Of a DNA stretch of 64,000 nt, positions 1 to 9,651 are shown one piece after another. Origin of the DNA: Cyanobacteria bacterium J06626_4 (GTDB lineage: Bacteria > Cyanobacteriota > Cyanobacteriia > Phormidesmidales > Phormidesmidaceae); assembly GCA_038523235.1 (NCBI GenBank), contig JBCBJQ010000002.1:1-64000 (forward strand). The letters run 5' to 3'. A program made the position numbers and the translations under genes. Numbering within the stretch: the first letter of the stretch is position 1; each line of letters starts with the position of its first letter. The notes under the pieces are model-generated. The model was not told the DNA's origin. It saw only the letters and a program-made list of their open reading frames with translations, and made no database searches.

Positions 1-560
1 AAGTTGACCGTCTCAAAATGACCGGGATAGCTGGCCTGCAAGGTCTCAGAGAAGATGAGGGGGGTTTTTACCTGGCCCAACTGGGTTTCTAACATCCAGT
101 TAGTTTGGTCTGCCGTTTGCCCAACTCGTTGCGCTGAGGCCGCCAGATTAGCGCCGGTCAGCTGGTGCAGTTGCTGGAGGAAAAGCTGCCCCAAGGCCCC
201 TTGGGCGACCTGACAGCCGTATAGCAAGATATCGCGACCTTGCAGCACCGTGGCCCAAGTCTGTAGTTGCTGGGTGTAGTGACTGATCGTGGCGAGGGAA
301 AGCTGGCTGCTGCCGAGTTGCAGACCACCGGCGGTGCCGTGGGACACAATGTGCAGGCTGGAGACCGACTGCCGGGCTTGCAACGCGGCAGTGATTTGGG
401 TGATGCCATCGGCTGACGCATCGAGCACGAGCCAGTCGACCGAGGATAAATCAGCCAGTAGCTGGGGCAAATAATCGACACTCGCATCCAAAATGACAAG
501 GGCCTGATCAGTGGGGCGATCGCCCTTCAACTGGGTCGATGTAGGTGAAGTCAAAAGCAT
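1..560 (-). CDS. DUF4347-domain protein, N-terminal part (runs off the window start); probably a large secreted protein
   Basis: Own translation from ATG at 560: MLLTSP...LVILDASVD...DGITQITAAL...LHIVSHGTAGGLQLGSS...DILLYGCQVAQG...LTGANLAAS...NWMLE. This is the DUF4347 pattern, and the frame stays open to base 1. Confidence 0.8.
   Translation of the reverse strand, partial: MLLTSPTSTQLKGDRPTDQALVILDASVDYLPQLLADLSSVDWLVLDASADGITQITAALQARQSVSSLHIVSHGTAGGLQLGSSQLSLATISHYTQQLQTWATVLQGRDILLYGCQVAQGALGQLFLQQLHQLTGANLAASAQRVGQTADQTNWMLETQLGQVKTPLIFSETLQASYPGHFETVN
516..523. repeat. HIP1 octamer GCGATCGC (one example; very frequent throughout the window)
   Basis: Many occurrences in genes and intergenic DNA; an established cyanobacterial signature. 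Confidence 0.9.
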
Positions 561-1265
561 CAAAATTAAGTCCTGACTAAAGTGACTAAGGGGTAATGAA
601 ATCGGAACTAGACAAACGAGTCGAATAGCTTTTTAGCTGTAACGGACAAATGAAAACGCCAAAGCCCCAGAGCTTGGCCAATCGATTAACCATCAGCGTC
701 AACTTGCTTTGAGACAAAAAGGTTGGGCATCTATGAGGGGTGGGCGCGATCGCAACTGCTAGCGGCAACCTAGCCACTCATCCTGAATCACCCCATCAAT
801 GGCTAAGAGTGACCTTTTTTAAGCGGACTGGTCGGCATCAAGCTCAAAGAGGCCTCGGCCATCACCGGGCAACTTATCGGCGATCGCTGCTATCGCAATG
901 ACTTCAACGCCATTGGGATAAACACCCTGAATCCTGAAACTCTTAAAACCCAGAAAAATGGGTGCGTATAAAACCCCACAAGTCATTCGAAACCGACTAA
1001 GGGATTCAGTCTGCACCCAACCAGCGCTCAGACGAACGGGAATTGGGGAATTCACCTCCTTATTAGGAGTAGCTCTCAATAACTTCATGTAAATGCTATC
1101 ACGGCATTTTCCAATCCTCAAATGAGATGTGTAAAGTTATAGTGAAGTTCTGCGTATATCCACAGGGTAGCAACCATTAGAGAAAAGTGCTTGAAGCGGT
1201 TGTCAGTTCTGGGATTTTTTTCTAAGGCCCTTGCCCCGTCAAGAAGTTCCAGCCTGGCAAGCAAA

Positions 1266-1300
1266 ACTCCAGGTTCATGATTTTTTCATGAACCTGGAGT
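1266..1300 (-). terminator. 15-bp perfect hairpin, probable terminator
   Basis: ACTCCAGGTTCATGA-N5-TCATGAACCTGGAGT, with a short T run after it on the minus strand. Confidence 0.55.
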
Positions 1301-1428
1301 GAAGACAATCGTTCCTATTGAGTTTTTTTCTTATTTGTTGGGTGGCTTTGATGACTGGCGACTTTTGCAAATTTTGCAAGTTAGCGATATCACCCCTCCA
1401 GGGATTCAAAGTGGGTCAAGTGACTGCA

Positions 1429-1452
1429 GGCCTACCCGATATCGGGTAGGCC
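1429..1452. other. 24-bp perfect palindrome just downstream of the RTX-tail remnant stop codon
   Basis: GGCCTACCCGAT|ATCGGGTAGGCC. Confidence 0.6.
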
Positions 1453-1457
1453 ATCTT

Positions 1458-1535
1458 CTAGGCAAATACAGTGTCATCAAGACTGATAACACCCTGGACA
1501 ATCCCCAGCAGCTCGTTGCTGGCGGTCAGCACCAG
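1458..1535 (-). pseudogene. 3' remnant of a ninth RTX-tail secreted protein gene
   Basis: Translates LVLTASNELLGIVQGVISLDDTVFA*, matching the array's shared tail LVLTASNELIGVVQGVTGLDSSVFA*; no upstream body. Confidence 0.85.
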
Positions 1536-1610
1536 GACTCGCGCGTCAGCATCAGCCTGGTGGGCATCGGCGACGGGCTGACCCTAGCAGTGAAGCGTGG
1601 GGACGGCTGA
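1530..1610 (+). pseudogene. 3' remnant of a CCoAOMT-like (Methyltransf_3) O-methyltransferase
   Basis: HQDSRVSISLVGIGDGLTLAVKR resembles the typical C-terminal D.RV.ISL.PIGDGLTLA.KR motif of this family; the 5' part is absent. Confidence 0.7.
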
Positions 1611-1662
1611 GTCGAGCCATGCCGCCTGCCTTTGCCGGTGTAATGCGCTAAAAGCCTTGAGT

Positions 1663-2022
1663 CTACAGCTCAAAAGATGTCATTTCTCCAGCATCATTGA
1701 TGAACATAACGGAGCCGATTTCTAAGGACGGTAGCTGTTCGCTGATTTGAGTGATTAAGGGCAGCAGATGGTCTGGACGAGTGCTAGTTGCATCCAACAC
1801 CACAATCCTTAACGATAGATTTTTAAGATTTTGTTGATATGGCAAGTTCTTATCAGCAGTGATAAAAATGTCAAACGACGCGGCAACCGCTAAGTCTAGA
1901 AGCTGCCGATCTGTGACGCCGCGCCAGCCCATATCCTCAACGTTTTTAACCCTGTGCCCTGCTGCGACTAGTGGCCGCTTTAGCTTCCTGCTGAGCAAAT
2001 TTTCGTCAAGCAGAATGAGCAT
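1663..2022 (-). CDS. DUF5615 / PIN-like toxin (VapC45-like)
   Basis: MLILLDENL...G..D..LL..A....FDIFITADKNL.YQQNL motifs; overlaps the DUF433 stop. Confidence 0.85.
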   Translation of the reverse strand: MLILLDENLLSRKLKRPLVAAGHRVKNVEDMGWRGVTDRQLLDLAVAASFDIFITADKNLPYQQNLKNLSLRIVVLDATSTRPDHLLPLITQISEQLPSLEIGSVMFINDAGEMTSFEL

Positions 2023-2260
2023 GTGTCGTGCGATCTTCCCTTAAGGCGGCTCGTACAATAATCTCTAGCACCTGATACACCTTATCCTTCAGGTGAGGAA
2101 AGTCTTCCAAAAATTCCGCTAGTCCGGCCTCCCCTTCTAGGTAGTCGAAAAATGTCTGTAGCGGTACCCGTGTGCCCACAAATACCGGCGCACCGCTCAT
2201 AATCTCTGTGTTGCAGTGAATAACCTGCCGGTCTATCAGCGTCGTTTGGATATCTGACAT
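2006..2260 (-). CDS. DUF433 antitoxin (VapB45-like)
   Basis: EIMSGAPVFVGTRVPLQTFFDYLEGEAGLAEFLEDFP; upstream of and overlapping the PIN gene. Confidence 0.88.
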   Translation of the reverse strand: MSDIQTTLIDRQVIHCNTEIMSGAPVFVGTRVPLQTFFDYLEGEAGLAEFLEDFPHLKDKVYQVLEIIVRAALREDRTTHAHSA

Positions 2261-2322
2261 GGTTGCTTTCCTCCCCAGTAAACCTATTGGCCACATTTTA
2301 GCTACTGTTGCAATCTCACCTA

Positions 2323-3612
2323 CTACTTACTACCCTTCTCCAACCCCCTCAGCGCCGGTAGCCGCCAGCTCAGCACCCCCACCAAAAAGCAGATCATCGC
2401 ACTGCCCGTAAACAACAGCCCCATGCCTGAACCTGGTCCGATGCCGACAATGGGACCAAAGAGGGTCGGTAATAGTCCTGACGACTGCATCGCCGGTTCA
2501 AAGATGCGATCGCTCAGGGGGCCAGCCATGAGTGAGATCGGGGTGGTGGCTAGCTCGTAGGTCAAAAAGTGCGCGGCAAACACCCGCCCTTGCACCGCTG
2601 CGGGCGTCGCCAGCGTCCACAGCGCCATCTCCGAACCCAAAATCAGCGGAAAGCTCATAGACGAGAAAAACTGTGAGGGCAGCCACACCCGTAGGCTTTG
2701 ACCCAGACCAAAGATAATCTTGGCTAAACCGGCGCTCATAAATCCCGTCAACATGCCGCTGACCCGCCGCTTAGGGCCGCCCCACAAGCTCATGAGTACG
2801 GCACTGGTGACACCGCCAATGCCCGCGATCGAGGAAACTGCGGCCAGCGCGTCTGAACTGCCATCGGTGCGAGCCAGTATCATCGGGTCATAAATCAGGT
2901 CGGTGAGCCGTAGGGTGGCATGAAACAGCGTCGTCACCAGCAGCAGGGCGCGCAGACCGCGATGGCCCAGTAGGTAGCGATAGCCAAAGGAAACTTCTTG
3001 CCACACGACGGCCATCCCTTTCCCGGCTTGATCTGGGGGGCGATCCTCGGGCGGCGGTTGGGGGATTTTGAGCAGCGCGATGACGGTAATGACGACGGCA
3101 AAGGTGGCCAGGTTGATCGGCCAGATGCCGCCGAGCCCAATGATGGGATAGAGGATGCCTGCGATCGCTGGGGCCACAATGCTGGAAGCATAGCCAATGG
3201 CGGTATTCATGCTGTTGGCCCGGACATAGTGCTGGGGCTCCACCAGTAGCGTGAGCGAGGCCCGATAGGCCAACTGCGAGAATTTCTCAAAGCCGCCGTT
3301 GAGGCAAAAAGCGACATATAGATGCCAAATGACGAGCTGTCCCGTTAAGTGCAGTCCCAACAGTGCCAGGGTCGTGGTAGCGGTGACCGCCTCACTCAGT
3401 ATCATCAAATACTTGCGGCTGGTGCGATCGACCAAAATGCCCGCAAACAAGGATGTAAACAGGCGGGGTAGCTGGTAGAAAAAGCCCCACAGCGTCAGGG
3501 CGGTGGCTGAGCCGGTTTGGTCCCAGACCCAAAGAGTAATGGCAAAATCGGCCATGCGAGTACCGATCGCAGAAATCAGGTAAGCGAGCCACAAAATCGT
3601 AAATTTACGCAA
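2323..3612 (-). CDS. MFS transporter (MFS_3/DHA3, EntS/Mef-like exporter); ORF could extend to 3690
   Basis: Many TM segments, motif A GILVDRTSRK, ..QGRVFA; start aligned to the paralog at 21925. Confidence 0.85.
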   Translation of the reverse strand: MRKFTILWLAYLISAIGTRMADFAITLWVWDQTGSATALTLWGFFYQLPRLFTSLFAGILVDRTSRKYLMILSEAVTATTTLALLGLHLTGQLVIWHLYVAFCLNGGFEKFSQLAYRASLTLLVEPQHYVRANSMNTAIGYASSIVAPAIAGILYPIIGLGGIWPINLATFAVVITVIALLKIPQPPPEDRPPDQAGKGMAVVWQEVSFGYRYLLGHRGLRALLLVTTLFHATLRLTDLIYDPMILARTDGSSDALAAVSSIAGIGGVTSAVLMSLWGGPKRRVSGMLTGFMSAGLAKIIFGLGQSLRVWLPSQFFSSMSFPLILGSEMALWTLATPAAVQGRVFAAHFLTYELATTPISLMAGPLSDRIFEPAMQSSGLLPTLFGPIVGIGPGSGMGLLFTGSAMICFLVGVLSWRLPALRGLEKGSK

Positions 3613-3706
3613 GCCGGTGATATCGATGACGACATTGCGATGGATGATAACCGATCCGCGCTGGGAAAAGCGACCAGCCGCCAGTGCCACTCACTGAGCG
3701 ATCGCT

Positions 3707-3973
3707 CTATGACTCAAGGCCAGTTGCTAGAGAACCGTCGGGAAAAAGCTGCAGCGTCACTCGTTCGATTTGCACGCAATACGGCAGCGTTGTTCCCATC
3801 ACTGTTTTAATCCGCACGGGCATGACGCCCTGGGGCGGAAACGCCCACCACTCACCATCGCGGCAAAACGGATCACTGTAGCCATGGGTCTGACACCAGG
3901 TTTGGCAAACGCCTCGAATGGCCGCACCCAGATTGGGATAGTGGGAAATAGTCATCTGGCAATTTTCCGTCAT
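3707..3973 (-). CDS. Small hypothetical protein
   Basis: 88-aa ORF with WC..HGYSDPF...GEWWAFPP.GVMP, a pattern I recall from cyanobacterial hypotheticals; co-oriented with the MFS gene. Confidence 0.6.
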   Translation of the reverse strand: MTENCQMTISHYPNLGAAIRGVCQTWCQTHGYSDPFCRDGEWWAFPPQGVMPVRIKTVMGTTLPYCVQIERVTLQLFPDGSLATGLES

Positions 3974-3980
3974 CCGTCAT

Positions 3981-4012
3981 GCGATGGCAGAGCCACTCCT
4001 ACGGGGTATCGC
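3981..4012. repeat. HIP1-split small dispersed repeat (SDR-like), copy 1
   Basis: GCGATGGCAGAGCCACTCCTACGGGGTATCGC = HIP1 halves around a 24-nt double mini-hairpin. Confidence 0.7.
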
Positions 4013-4080
4013 GCCTACCCCTCTACCATCGCCCAGGCCGGCCAAGCTGATCAAGCAATCTCATTACGGTGCTTGGCCAT

Positions 4081-4139
4081 AAAAAATCCGACTGCCTCAA
4101 ATGAGTACAGCCGGATCAATGGTTCAAGTTAGTTTGAGG
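4081..4139 (-). terminator. 3'UTR element E1: anti-start sequence plus intrinsic terminator
   Basis: Minus strand reads ...ACTAACTTGAACCAT-TG-ATCCGGCTG..CTCA/TGAG..CAGTCGGAT-TTTTT, about 45 nt after the stop at 4184. Confidence 0.8.
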
Positions 4140-4183
4140 GAGCAGTTAATAGGGAACAGGGAACAGACGAGACTATTCCCTAT

Positions 4184-7100
4184 CTACGCAAACACGCTGC
4201 TGTCGAGTCCTGTCACACCTTGCACGACACCGATCAGCTCGTTGCTGGCGGTGAGCACTAGAGTGTCGCTGCTCAGCTCGAAGAACTTGACGCCCTCAGG
4301 GGTGAGGCCGCCGAGGCTAACTTGATCGATGCCCACCTCAAAGTCGGTGATAGTGTCAACACCTTGGGCGATGGCCAAGACAAACTGGTCTGCACCTACG
4401 CCACCCGTGTAAATGTCGTCGCCGAGGAGGCCATCGAGTAGATCATCACCGCCCGTGCCGGTGAGCAGGTCATCGCCGTCAGTGCCTGTAAGGTCGCCTG
4501 TGGGTGGTTGAACGCCGCCTTCGGTTAGGGTAGCGGTGAGCTCGTAAGGGCCGTAAAATACGCCTACCTCTGGGAAGGTCCAGCCGCTGCCGCTTCGTGC
4601 TTCATTGGGGTTGTAGTTGCGGTTGCCTAGTTGACTGACACCCACGTAATAAGTACCTGCTGACTCGGCGGTGTACTCAAGATAGGGATCGCGAGAAAAC
4701 TCTTCACCCGGAGCAGCACCGTCGTTGTTGGCAGCAAGTTCGTTGCCGTCTGCGTCGAATAGCCGTAGTTCGGTGTCAGGAAGCTGCACATCGTCCAGTG
4801 CTGGGAATATCACAGGGAACCCAACTGTATCTAAAGTATTCCACTCGCTAGCGTCGATATCCAGGCTGACGGTTTGCCCCGCTTCTAAGTTGAAAGAGTA
4901 TAAATCGACATCTTCGGAAGGATCGTTAAAACTTGAGCCCAACTGCCCAGCAAGAGAGACAGATGAACTATCGGTACTCAAACCCAGGGCATTGGCTTCA
5001 GGTATGGTGTCATTATCTTCGCTTTCTTCCGGTACACTGACCTCAGTCAAAGTGTCAGTGATGATAAAGGTCGCTTCTGTTGCTGCCGGGTTGAGTTCAT
5101 AGTCTTCGCCAGGTTGTAGGGTAAACGTAGCGGTTTCACTGCCTTCGTTGATACCATCTTCAAGGACGGGTAGGCTAATAGTTGCAGTTTGTTCGGTAAT
5201 TGTCAGGTCAAAGCCATCGTCGCTTACATTAGAAATCGTGCCACCTGCCACCTCAATGGCATCCAAATCAAAATCACCTAGAGAGTCTGCACTGACGCTG
5301 ACGGTTAAACCTCCTTCTGGTGGAGGTGCACCCAGGTTAAAGGTATGAACGCTAACATCCTCTTCTGCCTCAATCAAAGTCGTGCTTTCTTCATCTTCAT
5401 CATCTGTTTGGACGGAACCTGTCAAACCTACCTGAATTTGCGACTCTGGATTATCAAGAATAGTGATATTGACTTCACTAGCATTCGGATCGATGGTGTA
5501 GCCTGCCTGGGGCTGTAGGGCAAAATCGAGAGCCAAAACCCCTTCTAGAAAAGCATCTGGAGCGAAGCCCGTATCTGCCGCCAATTCATTAAAAACGGAG
5601 AGTGTGATACTAGCCGTTTGTTCGGTAATGGTGAAGAAAAAGCCACTGGCATCGCCATCGGGAACTGGGAAGCTACCGCCCACGATATCGGCTTCTAAAA
5701 CATCAAACTGACTGAGGGCGCTACCTACTAATGGATCGATCCCACTGTCTAGAAACACCGTCACGCCTTCAGGGGGTGGCGTTTCGGAGAGGGTAAAGGT
5801 AAGAGTGGTTTCTGTTTCCTCTGTTTCAATTAGCTCTGTGACGCTGGCAGTAACACCGACTTCAGGAACGATATCTCCTCCTCCTGTAGAGTCGGGGACA
5901 TCTTCTACCGAATCGTAGTAAGTGACTTCTGCTGTCCCAGCATCGGGGGCAATCTCAAAACCTTCCCCTGGTTGCAGGAAGAAAGTAACCTCTTCAGCTC
6001 CATCAGTTTCTAAAGGCTCGTACTCATCGATAATGTTGCCATAAAAATCTGCGTACCAGGTTTGATGGTTAGCAGTTTCTAAGGTGACAGACATAGTGGG
6101 TTCTTCGATGCGGAGTCGAATCCCCGTGGGAATGCCGTCTTCGTTGTAAAAAGCCCCTAAAGATTGTCCGCCAATAGTGCTGGGAAGAATGTTACTTTGA
6201 GCAATCGAAACGTAATCAAGCAAATTTCCATTGCTGTTAAGGACAAATTCAATGCCCTCTTCAGGAATTTCGCCCTCAGCTTGAATCGTAAACGTGGTGC
6301 CCGAAAGTGCTCCCGGTTCGACGTGTTCCACTACGGCATTGGTAAAATTGCCCTCGCTATCTGTCGTTGCGGGGTTAGCCGTCAAAGAAAGTGTGGGCGG
6401 TTCAGTAACCCCTGGATTACTGACAGGTGGGGTGGGTGTACCAGTTTTACGAGGATTATCCTCCGTCAGCAAGTCAATTTCGATATCGTAGTTCCCGAAA
6501 AATGCACTTCCCCCTTGCCCCGACCCAGGTACGAATGGGTCGTATGGCGGGAGGTCAGAATAGGCTGGGAAGAACGTAAGAAGGTTGATGGCAGAACCAA
6601 TCGCGACATAGTAAGTTCCGTCTTCTTCAGCAGTAAACTCGTTGTAGGTGTCCGTCTCGTTTTCATCAAACGGCCCAATACCGCCAAACAGCTTATCGGG
6701 TGCCCCAACCTCTCCACCAACAGCGTAGTCTATGGCTCGATTTCCTTCGGCATCGAATACCGTCAAAGTTGTATCGAGACCAAATCCAAAGGGATCTGGG
6801 TTACCTTCAACCTCAAAGGTTTCGATTGCAATCGTATCCCCTGCACTTAGTTCCACCTTGTAAACATCAACATCTTCGACGTTATCGATGTAGGTGTAGG
6901 TACCGTCTTCGTTCTGGTAGCGGTTGCCAATATCGAAGTAGATGGAATCGCTGCCAGAAAAGGTCGGATTCTCAGGCGTTATTCTTGTGTCAACTGCTTC
7001 AGAAATAATGCCATTGGGTTCGCTAATTTCTCCTCGCGGAATATCCGCTTCGGTATCCACCAGGTTGAAGGTACCGCTGCTGTAGTCTGAGATGATTTCG

Positions 7101-7969
7101 TACCCGTTACCCGCCGCCAGGCTAAACGTGGCTGTTTCATCCGTTTCGGTTTCGCCATCGGCGGCAATGGGCAAGTTCACCAGCGTGGTGTACTCGGTCA
7201 TTCGCAGGTCAAACCCACCATCGCGCACAGCGGCAATCTCGCCCCCTTCCACTGAGATACCTGATAGGTCAAATTCGCTCAGATTAGGCGCATCCACTGA
7301 GACGATCAAGCCGCCTTCGGGAATGACGCCGCCCGTAGCGAGAAAGGCGTGGGCGCTGACGGTGCCTTCATCCTCAATCAGGTAGTCGGGGCCGGTAAAT
7401 AGGCTGACCTGTAGCCCGTCGATCATCGGAGGATCCAGGGTCGGCGGCTCCGGTGGCTCTGGCATATCCATCAGCTGGCTCACCTCATCGGCAAAAATCA
7501 CTGTACTGCTCGCCGCACTCGGATCAACCGTATAGTCGCCTAGCTCCGTAATATCGTTCTGGTCTGCTGGGTCTACTTCAGCCTGTGTCCGCAGCGACAG
7601 TACCGCCTCAACCAACCCATCAAACGTCTCCGGCAAAAAGGTATCCGGCTCAGTGTTGTCAAACACGTTAATCGTAAAAGTGCCAAAGGTGGCACCCTCA
7701 TCAATCGTGACGGCGAAACCAGAGTTGTCGAAGTTGGTTGCTAAGCTAGTGAGGGCGAGATTTTCAAGGGTCGGGCTCGCTACGAATCCTGGCAGGTCGA
7801 GGCGGTTGATAATCTGCTCAACCTCACTATCGACATACACGCGTAGCCCACCCTCCGGCGCAGGCTCATTGAGGTCAAAGCGAACAGTTAGGGCCGTACC
7901 CTGGTCTTCGACGAGGGCGTTGAGTTCGCCATCAAAGGTCGTGCTGGTAGACAAGCTGACTTGCACCAT
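4184..7969 (-). CDS. Secreted acidic Calx-beta-like/PPC-domain protein with RTX/T1SS C-terminal tail (G1, 1261 aa)
   Basis: Two PPC-like domains (DVD.Y...L.AG.T...D..L..FDA.GN...Y.EFTA...GTYYV), EG.E.ATF.L..G..Y modules, GxxGxD repeats, DTITDFEVGID tail; no signal peptide. Confidence 0.85.
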   Translation of the reverse strand: MVQVSLSTSTTFDGELNALVEDQGTALTVRFDLNEPAPEGGLRVYVDSEVEQIINRLDLPGFVASPTLENLALTSLATNFDNSGFAVTIDEGATFGTFTINVFDNTEPDTFLPETFDGLVEAVLSLRTQAEVDPADQNDITELGDYTVDPSAASSTVIFADEVSQLMDMPEPPEPPTLDPPMIDGLQVSLFTGPDYLIEDEGTVSAHAFLATGGVIPEGGLIVSVDAPNLSEFDLSGISVEGGEIAAVRDGGFDLRMTEYTTLVNLPIAADGETETDETATFSLAAGNGYEIISDYSSGTFNLVDTEADIPRGEISEPNGIISEAVDTRITPENPTFSGSDSIYFDIGNRYQNEDGTYTYIDNVEDVDVYKVELSAGDTIAIETFEVEGNPDPFGFGLDTTLTVFDAEGNRAIDYAVGGEVGAPDKLFGGIGPFDENETDTYNEFTAEEDGTYYVAIGSAINLLTFFPAYSDLPPYDPFVPGSGQGGSAFFGNYDIEIDLLTEDNPRKTGTPTPPVSNPGVTEPPTLSLTANPATTDSEGNFTNAVVEHVEPGALSGTTFTIQAEGEIPEEGIEFVLNSNGNLLDYVSIAQSNILPSTIGGQSLGAFYNEDGIPTGIRLRIEEPTMSVTLETANHQTWYADFYGNIIDEYEPLETDGAEEVTFFLQPGEGFEIAPDAGTAEVTYYDSVEDVPDSTGGGDIVPEVGVTASVTELIETEETETTLTFTLSETPPPEGVTVFLDSGIDPLVGSALSQFDVLEADIVGGSFPVPDGDASGFFFTITEQTASITLSVFNELAADTGFAPDAFLEGVLALDFALQPQAGYTIDPNASEVNITILDNPESQIQVGLTGSVQTDDEDEESTTLIEAEEDVSVHTFNLGAPPPEGGLTVSVSADSLGDFDLDAIEVAGGTISNVSDDGFDLTITEQTATISLPVLEDGINEGSETATFTLQPGEDYELNPAATEATFIITDTLTEVSVPEESEDNDTIPEANALGLSTDSSSVSLAGQLGSSFNDPSEDVDLYSFNLEAGQTVSLDIDASEWNTLDTVGFPVIFPALDDVQLPDTELRLFDADGNELAANNDGAAPGEEFSRDPYLEYTAESAGTYYVGVSQLGNRNYNPNEARSGSGWTFPEVGVFYGPYELTATLTEGGVQPPTGDLTGTDGDDLLTGTGGDDLLDGLLGDDIYTGGVGADQFVLAIAQGVDTITDFEVGIDQVSLGGLTPEGVKFFELSSDTLVLTASNELIGVVQGVTGLDSSVFA

Positions 7970-8047
7970 TTCTGAAACTCCGTATAAATAGTGCTCCCAT
8001 AGCGATGTGAAGGGGTCTCAACAACCTGGCTGCCTTGCAATCGCTAA

Positions 8048-8062
8048 TGGGATTAATTCTCA
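8048..8062. promoter_or_regulatory. Fur-like 7-1-7 box upstream of G1
   Basis: Reverse complement TGAGAATTAATCCCA compared with TGATAAT-N-ATTATCA. Confidence 0.55.
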
Positions 8063-8089
8063 GCAATCATACGGGGTTTTGAAAGTTCT

Positions 8090-8128
8090 TTTTTACCCGT
8101 GCCGGATCTTTTTTTACTCGTGCCGGAT
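8090..8128. promoter_or_regulatory. Direct repeat with 21-bp period, putative AraC operator
   Basis: TTTTTACCCGTGCCGGAT and TTTTTACTCGTGCCGGAT (17/18 identical), between the AraC gene and G1. Confidence 0.6.
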
Positions 8129-8279
8129 TTTCTTTGCGACAGATGGTTGCTGCATAATTATGTCGATTAGATTATTAATTAAATCTGTCATCCTATTGGC
8201 AGAGCACACCTATGGTGGGGTTATCTATATATCATCCGTTCACATCTGTACTGCCCTAAACTGCAACTTGTGATTGCTT

Positions 8280-9290
8280 CTATCGACAAGCTTTCTGAAA
8301 TGCCTTTGGTGTCAGGCCAAACTTGCGCTTGAAAGCCGTAGTAAATGCCGGTAGGCTGGCGTATCCAACTTGACGAGCGACTTGACTGACGTTGACATTC
8401 TGCTCGGCCAAGAGCTGCTTAGCTGTCTCAAGACGGTGCGATCGCAGTTCACCAAAGACCGTTGTACCAAATGCCTGATGGAAACCTTGCTTAAGCAGAA
8501 AGTCGTTTAGGCCGACCTGATGGGCCAACTCTCCTAGCGAAGGTGGATTGTTTATGTCGCGCAGCAGAATTTCTTTAGCATAGTGGACTCGCTCCATCTG
8601 CTCGGACTTCAGGGCACCCTTTTTAGCGCCTCCCTGTTGAATCGTGATTTCATGGTCGAGCACCAGCGCCGTTAGTTCGATGATCTTGCTTTCCAAGTAA
8701 GCTCGCTTCACCATCCCTTGGTAAGGGCAGCGCAATATCTGGTGCAGCACCGTAGCCATCACAGGCTGCATCTTTCTGTGACGTTCATCAATCTCTTGGC
8801 TGATCGGTCTGATCAAATGCTGAAGCTGCTTTGGAAGTTCTCCCTCCGGAGATGTAGCAAACGAACGAAGTACGCTGGGATGAATTTCAATTACTACTGA
8901 AGACCAAGGTTGCACATCAAAGTATTCAGTGATTTGAGGAACCAGGCCACTGCTGTTTAAGGCGTATTGACCAGAAGCCATAGCCAGCAGAGTCTCACCG
9001 AGCGTAGAGGTCTTTTGGTATTGCTCATTTCCCAACAGCAAAAAAGTAAGAATAGCATCAGGCCATTCTCGCTCGGGACGGTCAACAATTACACGCTCCG
9101 TTGATCGCGTTTGATCAATTTGTAGATAAATCCCTTCTCTTAAGTTGATTTCTCGCCGCCATCCTTGGGCATATCGGGCATCATACTTCCAGGTGATATC
9201 TAGCTTATCGGCGGAATCGAACCGGAGTTCTTCTTCGTGGGCTTCCTGGAATTGTTCTTCTTCGTCGGCTTGGGTGAGTCGGATGGTCAT
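8280..9290 (-). CDS. AraC-family regulator (PchR/YbtA-like)
   Basis: QILRCPYQG..KR.YLESK, PPSLGELA..VGLN...LK.GF...FGTTVFG, VGYAS...F..AFKRKFG.TP; start set at MTIRLT. Confidence 0.92.
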   Translation of the reverse strand: MTIRLTQADEEEQFQEAHEEELRFDSADKLDITWKYDARYAQGWRREINLREGIYLQIDQTRSTERVIVDRPEREWPDAILTFLLLGNEQYQKTSTLGETLLAMASGQYALNSSGLVPQITEYFDVQPWSSVVIEIHPSVLRSFATSPEGELPKQLQHLIRPISQEIDERHRKMQPVMATVLHQILRCPYQGMVKRAYLESKIIELTALVLDHEITIQQGGAKKGALKSEQMERVHYAKEILLRDINNPPSLGELAHQVGLNDFLLKQGFHQAFGTTVFGELRSHRLETAKQLLAEQNVNVSQVARQVGYASLPAFTTAFKRKFGLTPKAFQKACR

Positions 9291-9477
9291 GGCGAGCAGT
9301 AGGTAACGAGTCGCAGGCAACGGCAAACGAGAGTAACGTAAGCTTGAAAATACATTAGAATGCGTCTCAGAGGTTCGCAAAATCTGCAAGTTTGGCAAGG
9401 TTCGGTGTTAGTCATCGGTTGGGGGCAGCTTGTGTCAATAACCGCAATCGCTGACGGTTGGGGTTGAGTCGAGATAG

Positions 9478-9509
9478 GCGATGGCGAAGCCACTCCTTTG
9501 GAGTATCGC
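9478..9509. repeat. HIP1-split SDR-like repeat, copy 2
   Basis: GCGATGGCGAAGCCACTCCTTTGGAGTATCGC. Confidence 0.7.
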
Positions 9510-9535
9510 GCCATCTCTCTACATTCCAACCGCAC

Positions 9536-9593
9536 AAAAATCCGGCTGCCTCAAACGAGTACAGCCGGATCAATGGTTCAAGTCGATCTTAGG
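9536..9593 (-). terminator. 3'UTR element E2 (anti-start plus terminator)
   Basis: Plus strand AAAAATCCGGCTG..CAGCCGGATCA-ATGGTTCAAGTCGATCTTAGG; downstream of G2. Confidence 0.8.
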
Positions 9594-9651
9594 TGACAGG
9601 GAACAGGTGACAGATGACAGGCAAGACTAGCTCCAGCTCCCTATTCCCTGT

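Noticed and set aside
586..1121. Short ORFs 586..777 and 819..1121
   Set aside because: No recognisable motifs; probably the upstream regulatory region of the DUF4347 gene.
1299..1610. 103-aa plus-strand ORF as a real gene
   Set aside because: It is a chimera of intergenic DNA, the antisense RTX tail and a methyltransferase C-terminus.
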